This document shows, one piece after another, positions 17,705 to 26,616 of a stretch of 34,021 nucleotides of DNA. Position 1 is the stretch's first letter. Every line of letters begins with the position of its first letter. Below the pieces are notes generated by a model that was not told the DNA's origin, searched no databases, and was given only the letters and a program-made list of their open reading frames with translations. The translations under genes were made by a program, and so were the position numbers. The DNA is from a virus. Its lineage: Duplodnaviria > Caudoviricetes. The stretch is taken from positions 1 through 34,021 of IMG/VR virus record IMGVR_UViG_3300007004_000008; one strand, given 5' to 3'.

Positions 17705-20403
17705 CAGTTCGTTCCTCCGTTGATGTGTCGCTTCTGGAGCGCCAGGAGCAGGTCCCGGGTGTCGCGCTCCGCCTGGGCGGTGGTGCCGGTGCGCCCGGCC
17801 CGGTCGTCTCCCTCGGCGAGGTCGCGAATGTCCTTCATGTACTGGGTTTCCTCGCCCAGGTCCGTGTCCGGGTCCGCGTGGTCGGCGAGGTTGGGCACGT
17901 CCTCCACGCTGGCGGGGACGGCGAACACCAGGCGGTAGTCACACTGGCATCCGTCGTGATCACCAGGGGTGTAGTGCGGTCCCACCCAGGCGTACCTGGA
18001 CTCGGGGACCAGGCGGGGGTCTGTCCAGTCGGCGAACCGGTAGCCGTCCAGCTGGCGGTGGGGGTCGAACTGGCGGGAGAGCGGCGTCATGCCGTACTCC
18101 CACTCGTACCCGAGGACCAGGGCGTCCGCGTCGGCCAGCGCCCCGAGGACGGCCGTGCCGTTGCTGATACCGCCGAGGGCCTCGGACTTGTCCACGGGGA
18201 GGCCACGCTCGTCCAGGCCGCTGGAGCCCTCGGGCAGGCCGCCCACCTCGGCGAGTGCGGCGCGGATGAGCGACGGCGGGACGATCGTGTCCGAGTGCTC
18301 GCCCACGGGCTCCTCGGGGTCCGGGCGGAACAGGTAGCGCTCGGCCACGCCGAACAGGCCCGTGCGGAGGCGCTCCCAGGCGGTGGGCATACGCGAGGTC
18401 ATCTGGGTGACGATGCGCGCCCGGAGCCGGTCGGCGTCCTTGCCGGTGATCCCGAGGGCCTTCAGCACGACGTTGGCCACTGCCTCGATCGTGGACGTGG
18501 TCCAGCGGTCGAACTTGCCACGGAGGGAGTCGAACGCGTCGGCCAGCAGCTCCTGGGCGTTGAGGCCCATCGCGAAGCACTGGGCCTGTCCGACGTGGGC
18601 GGCGTACCGGGTGATGTCCGTTGGGGCCGTGGCGGCGAACTGAGCCCGCGTTGCGGCGTTGCGCTGCACGGCGGACCGGACGCGCGAACCGGCACGCTCC
18701 AGCGCGCGGTCCATGAGGGCGTCCGCTGCCACCAGCAGCCGGTCCCGGAGTGCCCGGTCCAGCTCCAGCAGCGCGCGCCCGGCGTCCTCGTTCACGTCCC
18801 ACCCGGCCGTGGGGTCCGGGGTGGCGGCGGCCACGAGCGCCTCGGCGAGGGCGAGACCGCGACGCTTTGCCGCTGCCTGCTCCGGCGTGGGGCGCGTGGG
18901 CGCGTTGCCCGGGGAGCCACCGGCGGGCCGGTCGTCGGCAGGCGGAAGGGCCTTGCGCTCCGGCGCGGCCTCCACCACCTGGGGCTCCGGCTTGGGGATG
19001 ACGCGGTCACCCAACAGGGCGGCGAGGATGAGGGCCGTCTGGTTGGGGTCCACGCCTCCCTTCAGGGCGATGATCTGGGCCAGCTCCTCGGGGGTCGGCA
19101 GGTCGGCCTCCGTGAAGCCGAGGGCCTCCAGCAGCGACACGTAGCCGAGGGCGCCCCGGTCGAACGCGGTCACCGCGTCCTGTCCACGGTTCGGGTTCTC
19201 GGTGAGGTTGCCAGCGTCGCGCCACACCTGGAGCTTCCACACCTCCTGTCGCGTGAATCCACGGTCCAGGAGGGCAGGGCGGAGGAACCCCTCGGTGAGC
19301 GCGTCGGCCACGATGCGGGTCATGGGGTCGATGTGGTGGCGGAACGTGGAGGCGTCGATCTGCCACGCCGTCCAGTGGTTCACGTCCGCCATGCCGGAGA
19401 CGATCTCGGGCGGAATGTCCATGCCGGAGCCCAGGCGCTTGAGGCAGCGCTCCAGGCGGTCCAGCAGTTCGTCCGAGGTGGTGCGCTCCAGGCGGAGGTG
19501 GCGGATCTTGTCCAGGTCCTCGGCGTTGCCCTGGATGACGGCGGGCACCACGGCGCCCGGCTCACCCTCGTTGCCGATGGGGGCCATGAGCGTGGCCTGG
19601 AGTTCGGCCATGAACCCGGAGTCATTGGCCAGCGAGCGATCGGCGATCAGCGCGTTGAGGAGGGTCAGGCCCTCGGGCACGAGGAGGATGCCGTTCGCCA
19701 TGACGCGCGACCGGGAGGCGGCACGGAGTTCCATGCCGGACAAGACGATCTCCTCGCACACGTCCAGGAGGGCGCGCATCGGGGAGTCCGCGAGGTGCTG
19801 GTATCGGGGGTGCGGCACCCAGAGGCGGAGGAGGTCCTCTTCCCCTTCCTCCTCGTCGGTGCCCAGCTTGACCTCACGCCGGAGGCCCCCGCCTTCCTTG
19901 ATGGTGAGGCGGCCGTCCGAGGTCACGTCCACCTCGTCGGTGGAGCGCACGCGCCAGCACTCGTTGTCTCCGGCGTCGTAGTAGCCGTGGAGCCACACCT
20001 CACCGGGGATGGACAGGTTCTCTACGAGGATGCCCAGGAAGCTGTAGCCCGAGGACAGGGGCAGGCGGTCCAGCTCTTCCTGGGCGGCGGCGCGCAGTGC
20101 CGGGGAGATCGTGCACGCGTCCGAGTCAAAGGGGATGGGGTCGTCACCCTTGGGGTTGATCTGGGCGGGCAGGAACTGGACCTGGGACACCGCGCGCGCG
20201 AGGAACTGGACGCCGGAGCGCAGTTCGCCGATGGCGTCACGGTAGCCCCAGGCGTGGCCCTGCCAGTCCTGGCGCGTACCTGAGATGGCGCGCAGTGCCT
20301 CCACGGGGAGGCCGGTCATGCGCTGCCCGGCCGCAGTCAGGGGGCGACTCTGGCCGCCCCCCTTCTTGCGGGTCCGCTTCTTACCCTGGACCAGCAGACC
20401 CAC
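17704..20403 (-). CDS. portal protein with C-terminal MuF-like extension
   Basis: 899 aa. First ~470 aa carry portal motifs (WQGHAWGYRDAIGELR, LWVPHP...ADSP, GMDIPPEIVSGMADVNHWTAW); Pro-rich linker; C-terminal FDPHRQLDG...PGDHDGCQC resembles the MuF Cys/His motif. Confidence 0.8.
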   Translation of the reverse strand: MGLLVQGKKRTRKKGGGQSRPLTAAGQRMTGLPVEALRAISGTRQDWQGHAWGYRDAIGELRSGVQFLARAVSQVQFLPAQINPKGDDPIPFDSDACTISPALRAAAQEELDRLPLSSGYSFLGILVENLSIPGEVWLHGYYDAGDNECWRVRSTDEVDVTSDGRLTIKEGGGLRREVKLGTDEEEGEEDLLRLWVPHPRYQHLADSPMRALLDVCEEIVLSGMELRAASRSRVMANGILLVPEGLTLLNALIADRSLANDSGFMAELQATLMAPIGNEGEPGAVVPAVIQGNAEDLDKIRHLRLERTTSDELLDRLERCLKRLGSGMDIPPEIVSGMADVNHWTAWQIDASTFRHHIDPMTRIVADALTEGFLRPALLDRGFTRQEVWKLQVWRDAGNLTENPNRGQDAVTAFDRGALGYVSLLEALGFTEADLPTPEELAQIIALKGGVDPNQTALILAALLGDRVIPKPEPQVVEAAPERKALPPADDRPAGGSPGNAPTRPTPEQAAAKRRGLALAEALVAAATPDPTAGWDVNEDAGRALLELDRALRDRLLVAADALMDRALERAGSRVRSAVQRNAATRAQFAATAPTDITRYAAHVGQAQCFAMGLNAQELLADAFDSLRGKFDRWTTSTIEAVANVVLKALGITGKDADRLRARIVTQMTSRMPTAWERLRTGLFGVAERYLFRPDPEEPVGEHSDTIVPPSLIRAALAEVGGLPEGSSGLDERGLPVDKSEALGGISNGTAVLGALADADALVLGYEWEYGMTPLSRQFDPHRQLDGYRFADWTDPRLVPESRYAWVGPHYTPGDHDGCQCDYRLVFAVPASVEDVPNLADHADPDTDLGEETQYMKDIRDLAEGDDRAGRTGTTAQAERDTRDLLLALQKRHINGGTN

Positions 20404-20413
20404 GGCTCACCCC

Positions 20414-20761
20414 TTACTCGTCGTCGCTCGGCTCCCGGACGGCGATGTTCGCCACCACGGCGCTGAACGCCAGGGCGGTGGCCAGTGGCCTCCACGCGCG
20501 TGGCGCGAGGGTGGCAGCGCCCACCACTCCTACGGAGATCCAGAAGCCGACGCACCACGGGCAGTGGACCAGCTCGGAGAGCGGGTGGCTTGCCGTGGAG
20601 CCCTTGGCGTCCTGGATCTCGTCCAGCTTGTCCAGCACATGCTGGCGCACCTGGGGCAGGGGCGGGAGTGAATCACGGGTCCACAGGCGCGTGAGCCGGT
20701 AGGCGGCGAGGGCGTTGACCGTGAGGGCCACGGGGCTGGTCATCCACTTGGTGTTGATCAT
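20414..20761 (-). CDS. membrane protein, DUF1360-like
   Basis: ALAAYRLTRL...ELVHCPWCVGFW motif; ATG 20761 overlaps upstream TGA. Confidence 0.7.
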   Translation of the reverse strand: MINTKWMTSPVALTVNALAAYRLTRLWTRDSLPPLPQVRQHVLDKLDEIQDAKGSTASHPLSELVHCPWCVGFWISVGVVGAATLAPRAWRPLATALAFSAVVANIAVREPSDDE

Positions 20762-20925
20762 GAGCGTCCTCCGTTGCACTTGCGGCACATGCTTCCCGAG
20801 TGGACGGGCTTGCCGTTGACGATGCGTACCCAGTGCCGCACCCAGTCCTTCAGGGCGGGGTACTTGCGGGCCATGTGCGGGGACACGAACACGGTGTGGT
20901 CCTCGTCCCGCCTCTTGGCGCTCAC
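20758..20925 (-). CDS. 55-aa hypothetical protein (HWVR...CxxC), not in ORF track
   Basis: MSAKRRDEDHTVFVSPHMARKYPALKDWVRHWVRIVNGKPVHSGSMCRKCNGGRS; 4-bp overlaps at both ends. Confidence 0.6.
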   Translation of the reverse strand: MSAKRRDEDHTVFVSPHMARKYPALKDWVRHWVRIVNGKPVHSGSMCRKCNGGRS

Positions 20926-21080
20926 CGGCACCCCTGGCAGTGCATCCCGTGGGCGGCCACGCGCAGACGGCCCGCCGAGGTGCGCTCCAGCCTCACCCAG
21001 TGGCCGAGGCTGGAGCGGAGGTTGCCCTGGGCCTGCACGTGCTCGGCGGTCACGCGCACCCAGCCGGTTGCCACGCTCAT
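20922..21080 (-). CDS. 52-aa hypothetical protein (HWVR...CxxC)
   Basis: MSVATGWVRVTAEHVQAQGNLRSSLGHWVRLERTSAGRLRVAAHGMHCQGCR; 4-bp overlaps at both ends. Confidence 0.6.
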   Translation of the reverse strand: MSVATGWVRVTAEHVQAQGNLRSSLGHWVRLERTSAGRLRVAAHGMHCQGCR

Positions 21081-21268
21081 CCGAGGAACACCACCGGGGC
21101 GATGAGGATGAGCACCAGGAGGCCGCAGATCAGCGCGCCGGTGAACATCAGGAACGTGAGGCGCGAGGGCGGCGAGGGATTGCCCAGGTCTGCGAGGGTG
21201 CCACCGGCGGTGAGGCACAGCGACAGGGCCACGAGGAACAGGATGAGGGCGGCGTCCGACTCGATCAC
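21077..21268 (-). CDS. small two-TM membrane protein
   Basis: 63 aa from GTG 21268 with two hydrophobic stretches; overlaps at both ends. Confidence 0.6.
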   Translation of the reverse strand: MIESDAALILFLVALSLCLTAGGTLADLGNPSPPSRLTFLMFTGALICGLLVLILIAPVVFLG

Positions 21269-21633
21269 GACTCGGCTCCGGACGGCCACTCGTTCAGCGT
21301 GGTTCCGGCGTACTCGGGCGTCCACCTCTTCAGCGGATTGGAGCAGCCGCACCCCTCGCCGTTGGTGTGGATGGTGATGGTCTCGCCCTGCACGGTCTGG
21401 AGCTTGTGGCCGTTCATCATGCTGGCCTGGGTGCGCTTGGGCTGGGCGGTGGCAGCCCAGTTCAGCGGCCACCAGTGGTTGGGGGTGACGCCATCGGCGG
21501 GCCGACGCGTGTAGACGTACAGGCCCTCGGGGGTGACGTACACGCGCGCCCGGCGGATGAGGGCGCCGTCCGGCTTTTCCACGGTGACGGGGAACCACCC
21601 GTGGAGTGAGGCGGTGGGCTTGGGGATGGTCAT
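21265..21633 (-). CDS. hypothetical phage protein (GCGC motif)
   Basis: 122 aa; strong AGGAGG RBS; GCGCSNPLKRW motif. Confidence 0.65.
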   Translation of the reverse strand: MTIPKPTASLHGWFPVTVEKPDGALIRRARVYVTPEGLYVYTRRPADGVTPNHWWPLNWAATAQPKRTQASMMNGHKLQTVQGETITIHTNGEGCGCSNPLKRWTPEYAGTTLNEWPSGAES

Positions 21634-21743
21634 CGGTACCTCCTGTGTGCGTGTTCGGAGGGTAGCGGGCAGGCCCTGGTGGGAGTGCTTGTGTTGGGGG
21701 GCCTGCCCTGTCCCTGGCGGGGTGTTAAGTGGGGGCGAACTGG

Positions 21744-22292
21744 TCAGATGTAGCGGACGCGTTCGCGGCGTGCGATGTCGGCGAGGACGGCGTGGCGCAC
21801 CCTGTTGTGCCGGGCGTCCATGAGGGCGTTATGTGCTCCGGCGGTCTGCCTGGGCAGTTCCGGGTTCCCAAGGCGATGGGCTTCCTGGCGGAGGTCGTTG
21901 GTCCACCGGGGCATGCCCTCGGGGAGGGTGGACATGCGCCCCCAGAGCTGGCAGTAGACGACGTGGTCGTATGCGCCGTACCACGCCCACAGTTCGGGGT
22001 CGGGGCGCTCCAGGACGAACTCCTCCAGTTCCTTGGCGATCACGTCCCGGAACTTGACAGCGGGGTGGGACTGGTCGAGGTGCCACTGGCCGCCGATCCA
22101 CTCGCCCGGCAGGCTGGGGATCACGTTGTCCATGAGCCACTCGTGGTCACGGACGGAGTCCCAGTCAGCATCGAGCACCACGGCGTAGTACTCGGCCCCG
22201 TCCTCGCGCACGGCGCCGATGGAGAGCAGGTCCACGGGGTACTCGGGGCCTCGCTCCAGGAACTCGGTGTCATACCAGATGCGGTTCTGCAC
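21744..22292 (-). CDS. DEDDh 3'-5' exoribonuclease, RNase AS (Rv2179c)-like
   Basis: WYDTEF, LLSIGAVREDGAEYYAV, ELWAWYGAYDHVVYCQLWG and HNALMDAR closely match recalled RNase AS motifs; GTG 22292 with GAGGAG RBS. Confidence 0.85.
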   Translation of the reverse strand: MQNRIWYDTEFLERGPEYPVDLLSIGAVREDGAEYYAVVLDADWDSVRDHEWLMDNVIPSLPGEWIGGQWHLDQSHPAVKFRDVIAKELEEFVLERPDPELWAWYGAYDHVVYCQLWGRMSTLPEGMPRWTNDLRQEAHRLGNPELPRQTAGAHNALMDARHNRVRHAVLADIARRERVRYI

Positions 22293-22303
22293 GGTGTCTC
22301 TCC

Positions 22304-22498
22304 TCAGTGGCTGGACAGGTGCCACCAGCCCAGCGGGCAGGGGCCGTAGACGTGGTTCTCGGCCCGCCGGAGGGTCTTGCCCTGTCGGCGGGCCTTGGTG
22401 TGGCGGCGTGCGCGGACGCGCCCGAGGGCGCGGCGTGCATCACCCTCGGACGCGTGGCAGTGCTTCCCGCAGTGCGGGCAGAGGGCGGAGTCACCCAC
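22304..22498 (-). CDS. small basic Zn-binding-like phage protein
   Basis: 64 aa; CPHCGK...YGPCPLGWWHLSS pattern common in actinophages. Confidence 0.6.
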   Translation of the reverse strand: MGDSALCPHCGKHCHASEGDARRALGRVRARRHTKARRQGKTLRRAENHVYGPCPLGWWHLSSH

Positions 22499-22994
22499 CT
22501 CCGGACCCGTTCGGGCTGGAGCCGAACCCTCCGCGCTGCACCACCGGGCCGGTGGTGCCGGTCTTGGGGACGACCTTGGTTCCGTAGCTGGCGGATGCGA
22601 GGAGGCCCGGACGGTACGGGGTGACGCCGTACCCGTAGCTGATCGGGTGTCCGACCGGCGGGACCTGGTAGCCCGAGGTGGTGCTGATGTAGACGAACGA
22701 GCCGGTGTGGGTGTCGTCCCCGAACAAGTCTTCCCAGAGGCTCATGTCCGTGGGGTTGTCGTCCTCGGAGTCCCAGACCGGGTTCCCGTCGTCGTCCAAC
22801 CAGTCGGGACAGCGGTGGTCGTTGTCGTCAAGGCGGACATCGTCGGACGGGTCTGCGGTCTTCCTGTTGTCCACGCACACGGTGACGTAGTCGTACTCCG
22901 GGGGCGGGGAGTCGCTGCACGCGGAGAGGACCACGAGGGCACCAGCGACGGCGGGAACGAGCTTGTGCGCGCCCATGCGCCCCTGCTTCTTCAC
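22491..22994 (-). CDS. lipoprotein, DUF1190/YgiB-like C-terminus
   Basis: Signal peptide with lipobox VVLSA-C; acidic middle; C-terminal VQRGGFGSS; GTG 22994 (alt ATG 22976). Confidence 0.65.
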   Translation of the reverse strand: MKKQGRMGAHKLVPAVAGALVVLSACSDSPPPEYDYVTVCVDNRKTADPSDDVRLDDNDHRCPDWLDDDGNPVWDSEDDNPTDMSLWEDLFGDDTHTGSFVYISTTSGYQVPPVGHPISYGYGVTPYRPGLLASASYGTKVVPKTGTTGPVVQRGGFGSSPNGSGGG

Positions 22995-23230
22995 TTGGGG
23001 GCCTGCTGGGTACGCCGGAGTTCCCGGGCGGCGCGGATCTGGGGGATGCAGGCGGCCACGAACAGCACGCCGAACGCGACGATGGCGAACGTGAGCGCGT
23101 ACGCCCAGTTCTCCGTCCACACGGTGGTGATGAGTCCGGCGACCACGAGGACACCGGCGATCAGCAGGGCCACGGCCACCTCGGTGTGCAGGACCACGGG
23201 GAGGTCCAGCTGGGGGCGTTCGTCGTTCAT
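22991..23230 (-). CDS. two-TM membrane protein
   Basis: 79 aa from ATG 23230 with two hydrophobic helices; overlaps at both ends. Confidence 0.65.
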   Translation of the reverse strand: MNDERPQLDLPVVLHTEVAVALLIAGVLVVAGLITTVWTENWAYALTFAIVAFGVLFVAACIPQIRAARELRRTQQAPK

Positions 23231-23697
23231 CGGGCGTTCTCCTCGGTGTAGGCCTTGGCGGCCGGGTAGTTGGGGAGGCGGAGCTTGGACTTGATGCCAC
23301 CGTTGGGGTAGCGGATCTCCACGAGCGCGCCCAGGTTCAGGATGTACAGGCCGCCGGTGTCGAACCACCAGGAGTAATCGGTGTCCAGGCTGTTGGCGTA
23401 CGGGTGGGGCCACTCGTACGAGACGGACTCCGGGGCCACGTGCTCGTGGAGTCCGAGCATGTTCTTGACACGCTTCTCCCAGACGCCCTCGGTGTACTTC
23501 TGCTCCGCGTTGCCCTCGCGCCAGAGCCGGTACGGGGCGATGAGCTGATCGGCCAGCACGCCCACATCCACGCGGAGGACGGCGGTCCCGAGGTACCGGG
23601 CGGTGGGGCCTCGGCCGGTGTAGAAGTCGTGGGTGCGGTGCTCGGCCTTGGCCGCGTTGAGTGCATCCACCTTGCGCTGGTTCTCGGTCTGGTCCAT
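23227..23697 (-). CDS. hypothetical protein
   Basis: 156 aa; preceded by GAACGACC...GGGAGAAC leader. Confidence 0.7.
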   Translation of the reverse strand: MDQTENQRKVDALNAAKAEHRTHDFYTGRGPTARYLGTAVLRVDVGVLADQLIAPYRLWREGNAEQKYTEGVWEKRVKNMLGLHEHVAPESVSYEWPHPYANSLDTDYSWWFDTGGLYILNLGALVEIRYPNGGIKSKLRLPNYPAAKAYTEENAR

Positions 23698-23775
23698 GAC
23701 GTTCTCCCTCGGGTTCGGGTCGTTCGACGTGGGTACAACATACCCCCCGTCACGGGGTGCGCAACAGGGGGTATG
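23698..23775 (-). promoter_or_regulatory. repeat module copy 2 (degenerate): TTGCGC-N16-TATGTT + conserved leader
   Basis: -10 23737-23742, -35 23759-23764, C6 run; CATACCCCC/GGGGGTATG inverted repeat; leader GAACGACC...GGGAGAAC. Confidence 0.55.
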
Positions 23776-23790
23776 CCGTGTGACTTGTGC

Positions 23791-24411
23791 CTAGTACCCG
23801 CCGTGCCACTTCTTCTTGGGCGGGTTCGCCTGCTGGGCCTCGCGGGCGGCGTCCAGCTGGGCCTGTCGCCTGGTCTTGGGCGTGTGGTCCGGCTGCTCCC
23901 CGGGCTTCATGTAGTTCGGGTTCTTCTCGGACCAGACGACGTTGTCCGCCACCCGGTCGCCCTTCTTGTTCGAGGTGCAACCACCACCGTGGAACTTGCT
24001 CTTGCGGTTGCAACCACACACCAGGTACAGGCTGTTGTCGTTGCCGTCGATCGTGTCCGGGACCCTGACCTCCACCACCTGGTTGTAGGCGAGGGCCATC
24101 GTCTGCGCACAGGACGCGGAACACACGTCGTCCTGGCCGCCAAAGAAGCTGGTGCCGGTCTTCTTGCCGCAGTTCGCGCACTGGCCGTTCTTGATCAGCT
24201 CCCGCATCTCGCGGAGCTTCTCCTTGCTGTCAAGGCCCTTCTCCACCAGCTTCCAGCTGGTGATCTTCTTGGTGGCCGGGTCCACGGCCACCTTCTTGAT
24301 GGTCCAGACGCTGCCCTTGGTGGCGCCCTTGGTTCCCCACTTCAGCAGGAACGCGCCCGCCTTCCACGCGCCCTTGCCCGTGGCGATGGCAAAGCCCTTC
24401 CAGTGAGCCAC
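23791..24411 (-). CDS. Lys-rich, Cys-rich hypothetical protein
   Basis: 206 aa from GTG 24411 (GAGGAGGAG RBS); CANC...CSASC and VCGC...HGGGC clusters. Confidence 0.65.
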   Translation of the reverse strand: MAHWKGFAIATGKGAWKAGAFLLKWGTKGATKGSVWTIKKVAVDPATKKITSWKLVEKGLDSKEKLREMRELIKNGQCANCGKKTGTSFFGGQDDVCSASCAQTMALAYNQVVEVRVPDTIDGNDNSLYLVCGCNRKSKFHGGGCTSNKKGDRVADNVVWSEKNPNYMKPGEQPDHTPKTRRQAQLDAAREAQQANPPKKKWHGGY

Positions 24412-24451
24412 AGTCAGCTCCTCCTCTTTCTGAATCGGTTCGGTTGGTTGA

Positions 24452-25090
24452 TCAGAACGACAGGAGCGCGTCCACGGCGTCCTGGTCGTCCATGTAGACG
24501 CGTGCCCGGCGGACGAACGAGCGCAGGCCGTCCAGCTTGCGCGACCGGAGCGCGTCCTCCAGCGCATCGGCGGAGTGCCCCAGGCCGTTGATGAGGTCAA
24601 TCACGGCGGAGCCGAACACCACGCGGAACTCACTCGGCTTGTCGGCGATGCGCTGCCAACACTCCTGCTCGGCCTCCCACTGGACGACCTTGCCCAGGTG
24701 GAAATCCACGTTCATGGCAGTGGGCATCGTGGTGAACATGTCGTCACGCGCCTCCTTGCGACGCTTGGCGATCTTGACGCGCAACTCCTCGGCGTTCCGG
24801 CGGGCGTTGGCCACGCGCCAGTCCCGGAGCCGGATCACGAGGTGTTCGGCCCTGTCGCCCTCGGCGCGGACCGTGTCCATGATCTTGAGGTCCGGGTGCG
24901 CGGCGATCCACTCGAACGCCTCGCCGTTGGCATCCGGGTCCTCGGTGTCCAGCTGGACGTATCCGAGCGTGTCGGACGGCCCCCAGGTGAAGCGGTACTC
25001 CACGCCGTTCAGCTGGTCCGTCAGGTTGTGGACGGCGGGGAGCTGGGCGTCCCGGACGATCGTGAGGGCGAGGGAAACGTGGCGGTTCAT
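24452..25090 (-). CDS. hypothetical protein
   Basis: 212 aa, GGAG RBS, helical C-terminal half. Confidence 0.65.
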   Translation of the reverse strand: MNRHVSLALTIVRDAQLPAVHNLTDQLNGVEYRFTWGPSDTLGYVQLDTEDPDANGEAFEWIAAHPDLKIMDTVRAEGDRAEHLVIRLRDWRVANARRNAEELRVKIAKRRKEARDDMFTTMPTAMNVDFHLGKVVQWEAEQECWQRIADKPSEFRVVFGSAVIDLINGLGHSADALEDALRSRKLDGLRSFVRRARVYMDDQDAVDALLSF

Positions 25091-25118
25091 GATCGGGTCT
25101 CCAGGTTCATGAGCGGGG

Positions 25119-25145
25119 TGGGGGCCGGTGGTGGACCGGCCCCCA
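25119..25145 (-). terminator. GC-rich hairpin
   Basis: TGGGGGCCGGT-ggtgg-ACCGGCCCCCA just after the stop at 25158. Confidence 0.55.
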
Positions 25146-25157
25146 GTGGGCGGTAGG

Positions 25158-25778
25158 TCAGCCCGCGAGGGCGAACGCGGCGGCGTGCTCCGGGTTCTTG
25201 GGCGCGTAGGTCGCGAGGCGGTCCGCGAACTCGGCCGGGGTGAACACCTTCACGGCGACGCGCTTGGAGCGGTGGGCGCCGGTGCGGACCCGCTTGGAGG
25301 TGGCCGGGTTCACGGTGGCCACGCCCCGAGAGAACGCACCGGCGTAGCGCTGGGCCAGCTCGTCCGACAGGCCAGCGGCCACGAGGAGGGTCCGGGCGGG
25401 GGCCGGGGTGCCGTTGCGCTTGACGCGGGCGGCACGGGCCACAGAGCGGGTCTGGGCGGCCGTGGCGCGGAGCTTGCGGGCCTGGGCACGGCGGGCGGCG
25501 CGACGCTGGGTGGTCGACATGGTCAGGCCGTGCACGTGGGCGGCGGCGTCGGTGTCCAGCTGGATCTCCAGCTCCCGGCGGGCGTCCTCGGCGTACGCGG
25601 CGTCCTCGGCGGCCACGATCTGGCGGGCCTCGTGGACCAGGCAACGCTTGCACGAGACGCGGGACAGCGCGCCCTCGTGCGGGGTGAGCGAGCCGCCACG
25701 AGCACCGCACGCGGGCTTGCCGTCAACGATGAGGTGGGTGGTCTTGGCGAATCCGATGGAGGCGAGGGTGGCGCGCAT
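25158..25778 (-). CDS. hypothetical protein with N-terminal H..CG..CxxC module
   Basis: 206 aa; THLIVDGKPACG...VSCKRC...AEDAAYAED then Arg/Ala-rich domain. Confidence 0.75.
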   Translation of the reverse strand: MRATLASIGFAKTTHLIVDGKPACGARGGSLTPHEGALSRVSCKRCLVHEARQIVAAEDAAYAEDARRELEIQLDTDAAAHVHGLTMSTTQRRAARRAQARKLRATAAQTRSVARAARVKRNGTPAPARTLLVAAGLSDELAQRYAGAFSRGVATVNPATSKRVRTGAHRSKRVAVKVFTPAEFADRLATYAPKNPEHAAAFALAG

Positions 25779-25888
25779 TGTGGTTCTCCCGTGTGTCTCG
25801 GTCGTTCCTGCTGTTGTGAGGTGAACTTTACCCCCCGACCAGGGGTGAGCACAAGGGGCCTGACCTGCATCTTTGTCAGGCCCCTTGT
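25779..25888 (-). promoter_or_regulatory. repeat module copy 3: hairpin + TTGTGC-N18-TAAAGT + leader
   Basis: -10 25825-25830, -35 25849-25854; hairpin ACAAGGGGCCTGAC/GTCAGGCCCCTTGT 25851-25888; leader CAGGAACGACC...GGGAGAACC. Confidence 0.85.
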
Positions 25889-25897
25889 GGGTGCCGC

Positions 25898-26506
25898 CTA
25901 CTTGGCGGGCTTGGCGTGCCAGGCGGCGTACACCGGGCAGTGCTTCTCGTGCAGGTTGTCGTACTCCAGGCCCAGCACCACACAGTGGTCACACGGCGAG
26001 GCCGCCTGGATCTGGTCCAGCGAGTACTCCCGGTACTGGTAGCGGCCCGTGCTGAACACCTTGGGGGTGTGCGAGACAACCGCACCACGCGCCGTGGACC
26101 GGACCTCCAGCTTGCCCTCGGGGAGGACGGGGAAGTCCGCCGCGAACAGCAGGCGGGCCAGCTCGTGCTCCCGACGCTCGGACTCGATCGCGTCGTACTT
26201 GGAGCCCTTCTCCAGGCCGATGATGACCCCAATCTTGGGCATGAAATACCGCGTGAGCCCGGACGGGTTGCTCATCGTCTTGGAGTCCTCGGTGTGGATG
26301 TCCACCCGGTCGCCGTAGGCGTGACCGAGGGTGGCACCAACGATCGTCCAGCCGGTCATGTTGTCCGCCTCAATCGCAACGCGCTGGCCACCGAGGACCT
26401 TGATGACGTGGCGGAGGCTGCCCGGGGTCCACGTCCACTTCTCGTTCTTCCAGCGGGTGTCAACGGTGCTGCTCTTGAGGTCCGAGGCGCGGAAGGTGCT
26501 CGTCAT
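25898..26506 (-). CDS. hypothetical protein
   Basis: 202 aa from ATG 26506 after the conserved leader; C-terminal CDHC...HEKHC. Confidence 0.7.
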   Translation of the reverse strand: MTSTFRASDLKSSTVDTRWKNEKWTWTPGSLRHVIKVLGGQRVAIEADNMTGWTIVGATLGHAYGDRVDIHTEDSKTMSNPSGLTRYFMPKIGVIIGLEKGSKYDAIESERREHELARLLFAADFPVLPEGKLEVRSTARGAVVSHTPKVFSTGRYQYREYSLDQIQAASPCDHCVVLGLEYDNLHEKHCPVYAAWHAKPAK

Positions 26507-26613
26507 CTTGGTTCTCCCTGGTGTGTCCGGGTCGTTCCTGATGTCGTGAACTTTACCCCCCGATGCCGCAATAGCACAAGGGGCCTGACCAGCGTCTTTG
26601 GTCAGGCCCCTTG
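26507..26613 (-). promoter_or_regulatory. repeat module copy 4: hairpin + TTGTGC-N18-TAAAGT + leader
   Basis: -10 26550-26555, -35 26574-26579; 26573-26610 is identical (38 bp) to 33617-33654. Confidence 0.85.
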
Positions 26614-26616
26614 CTG

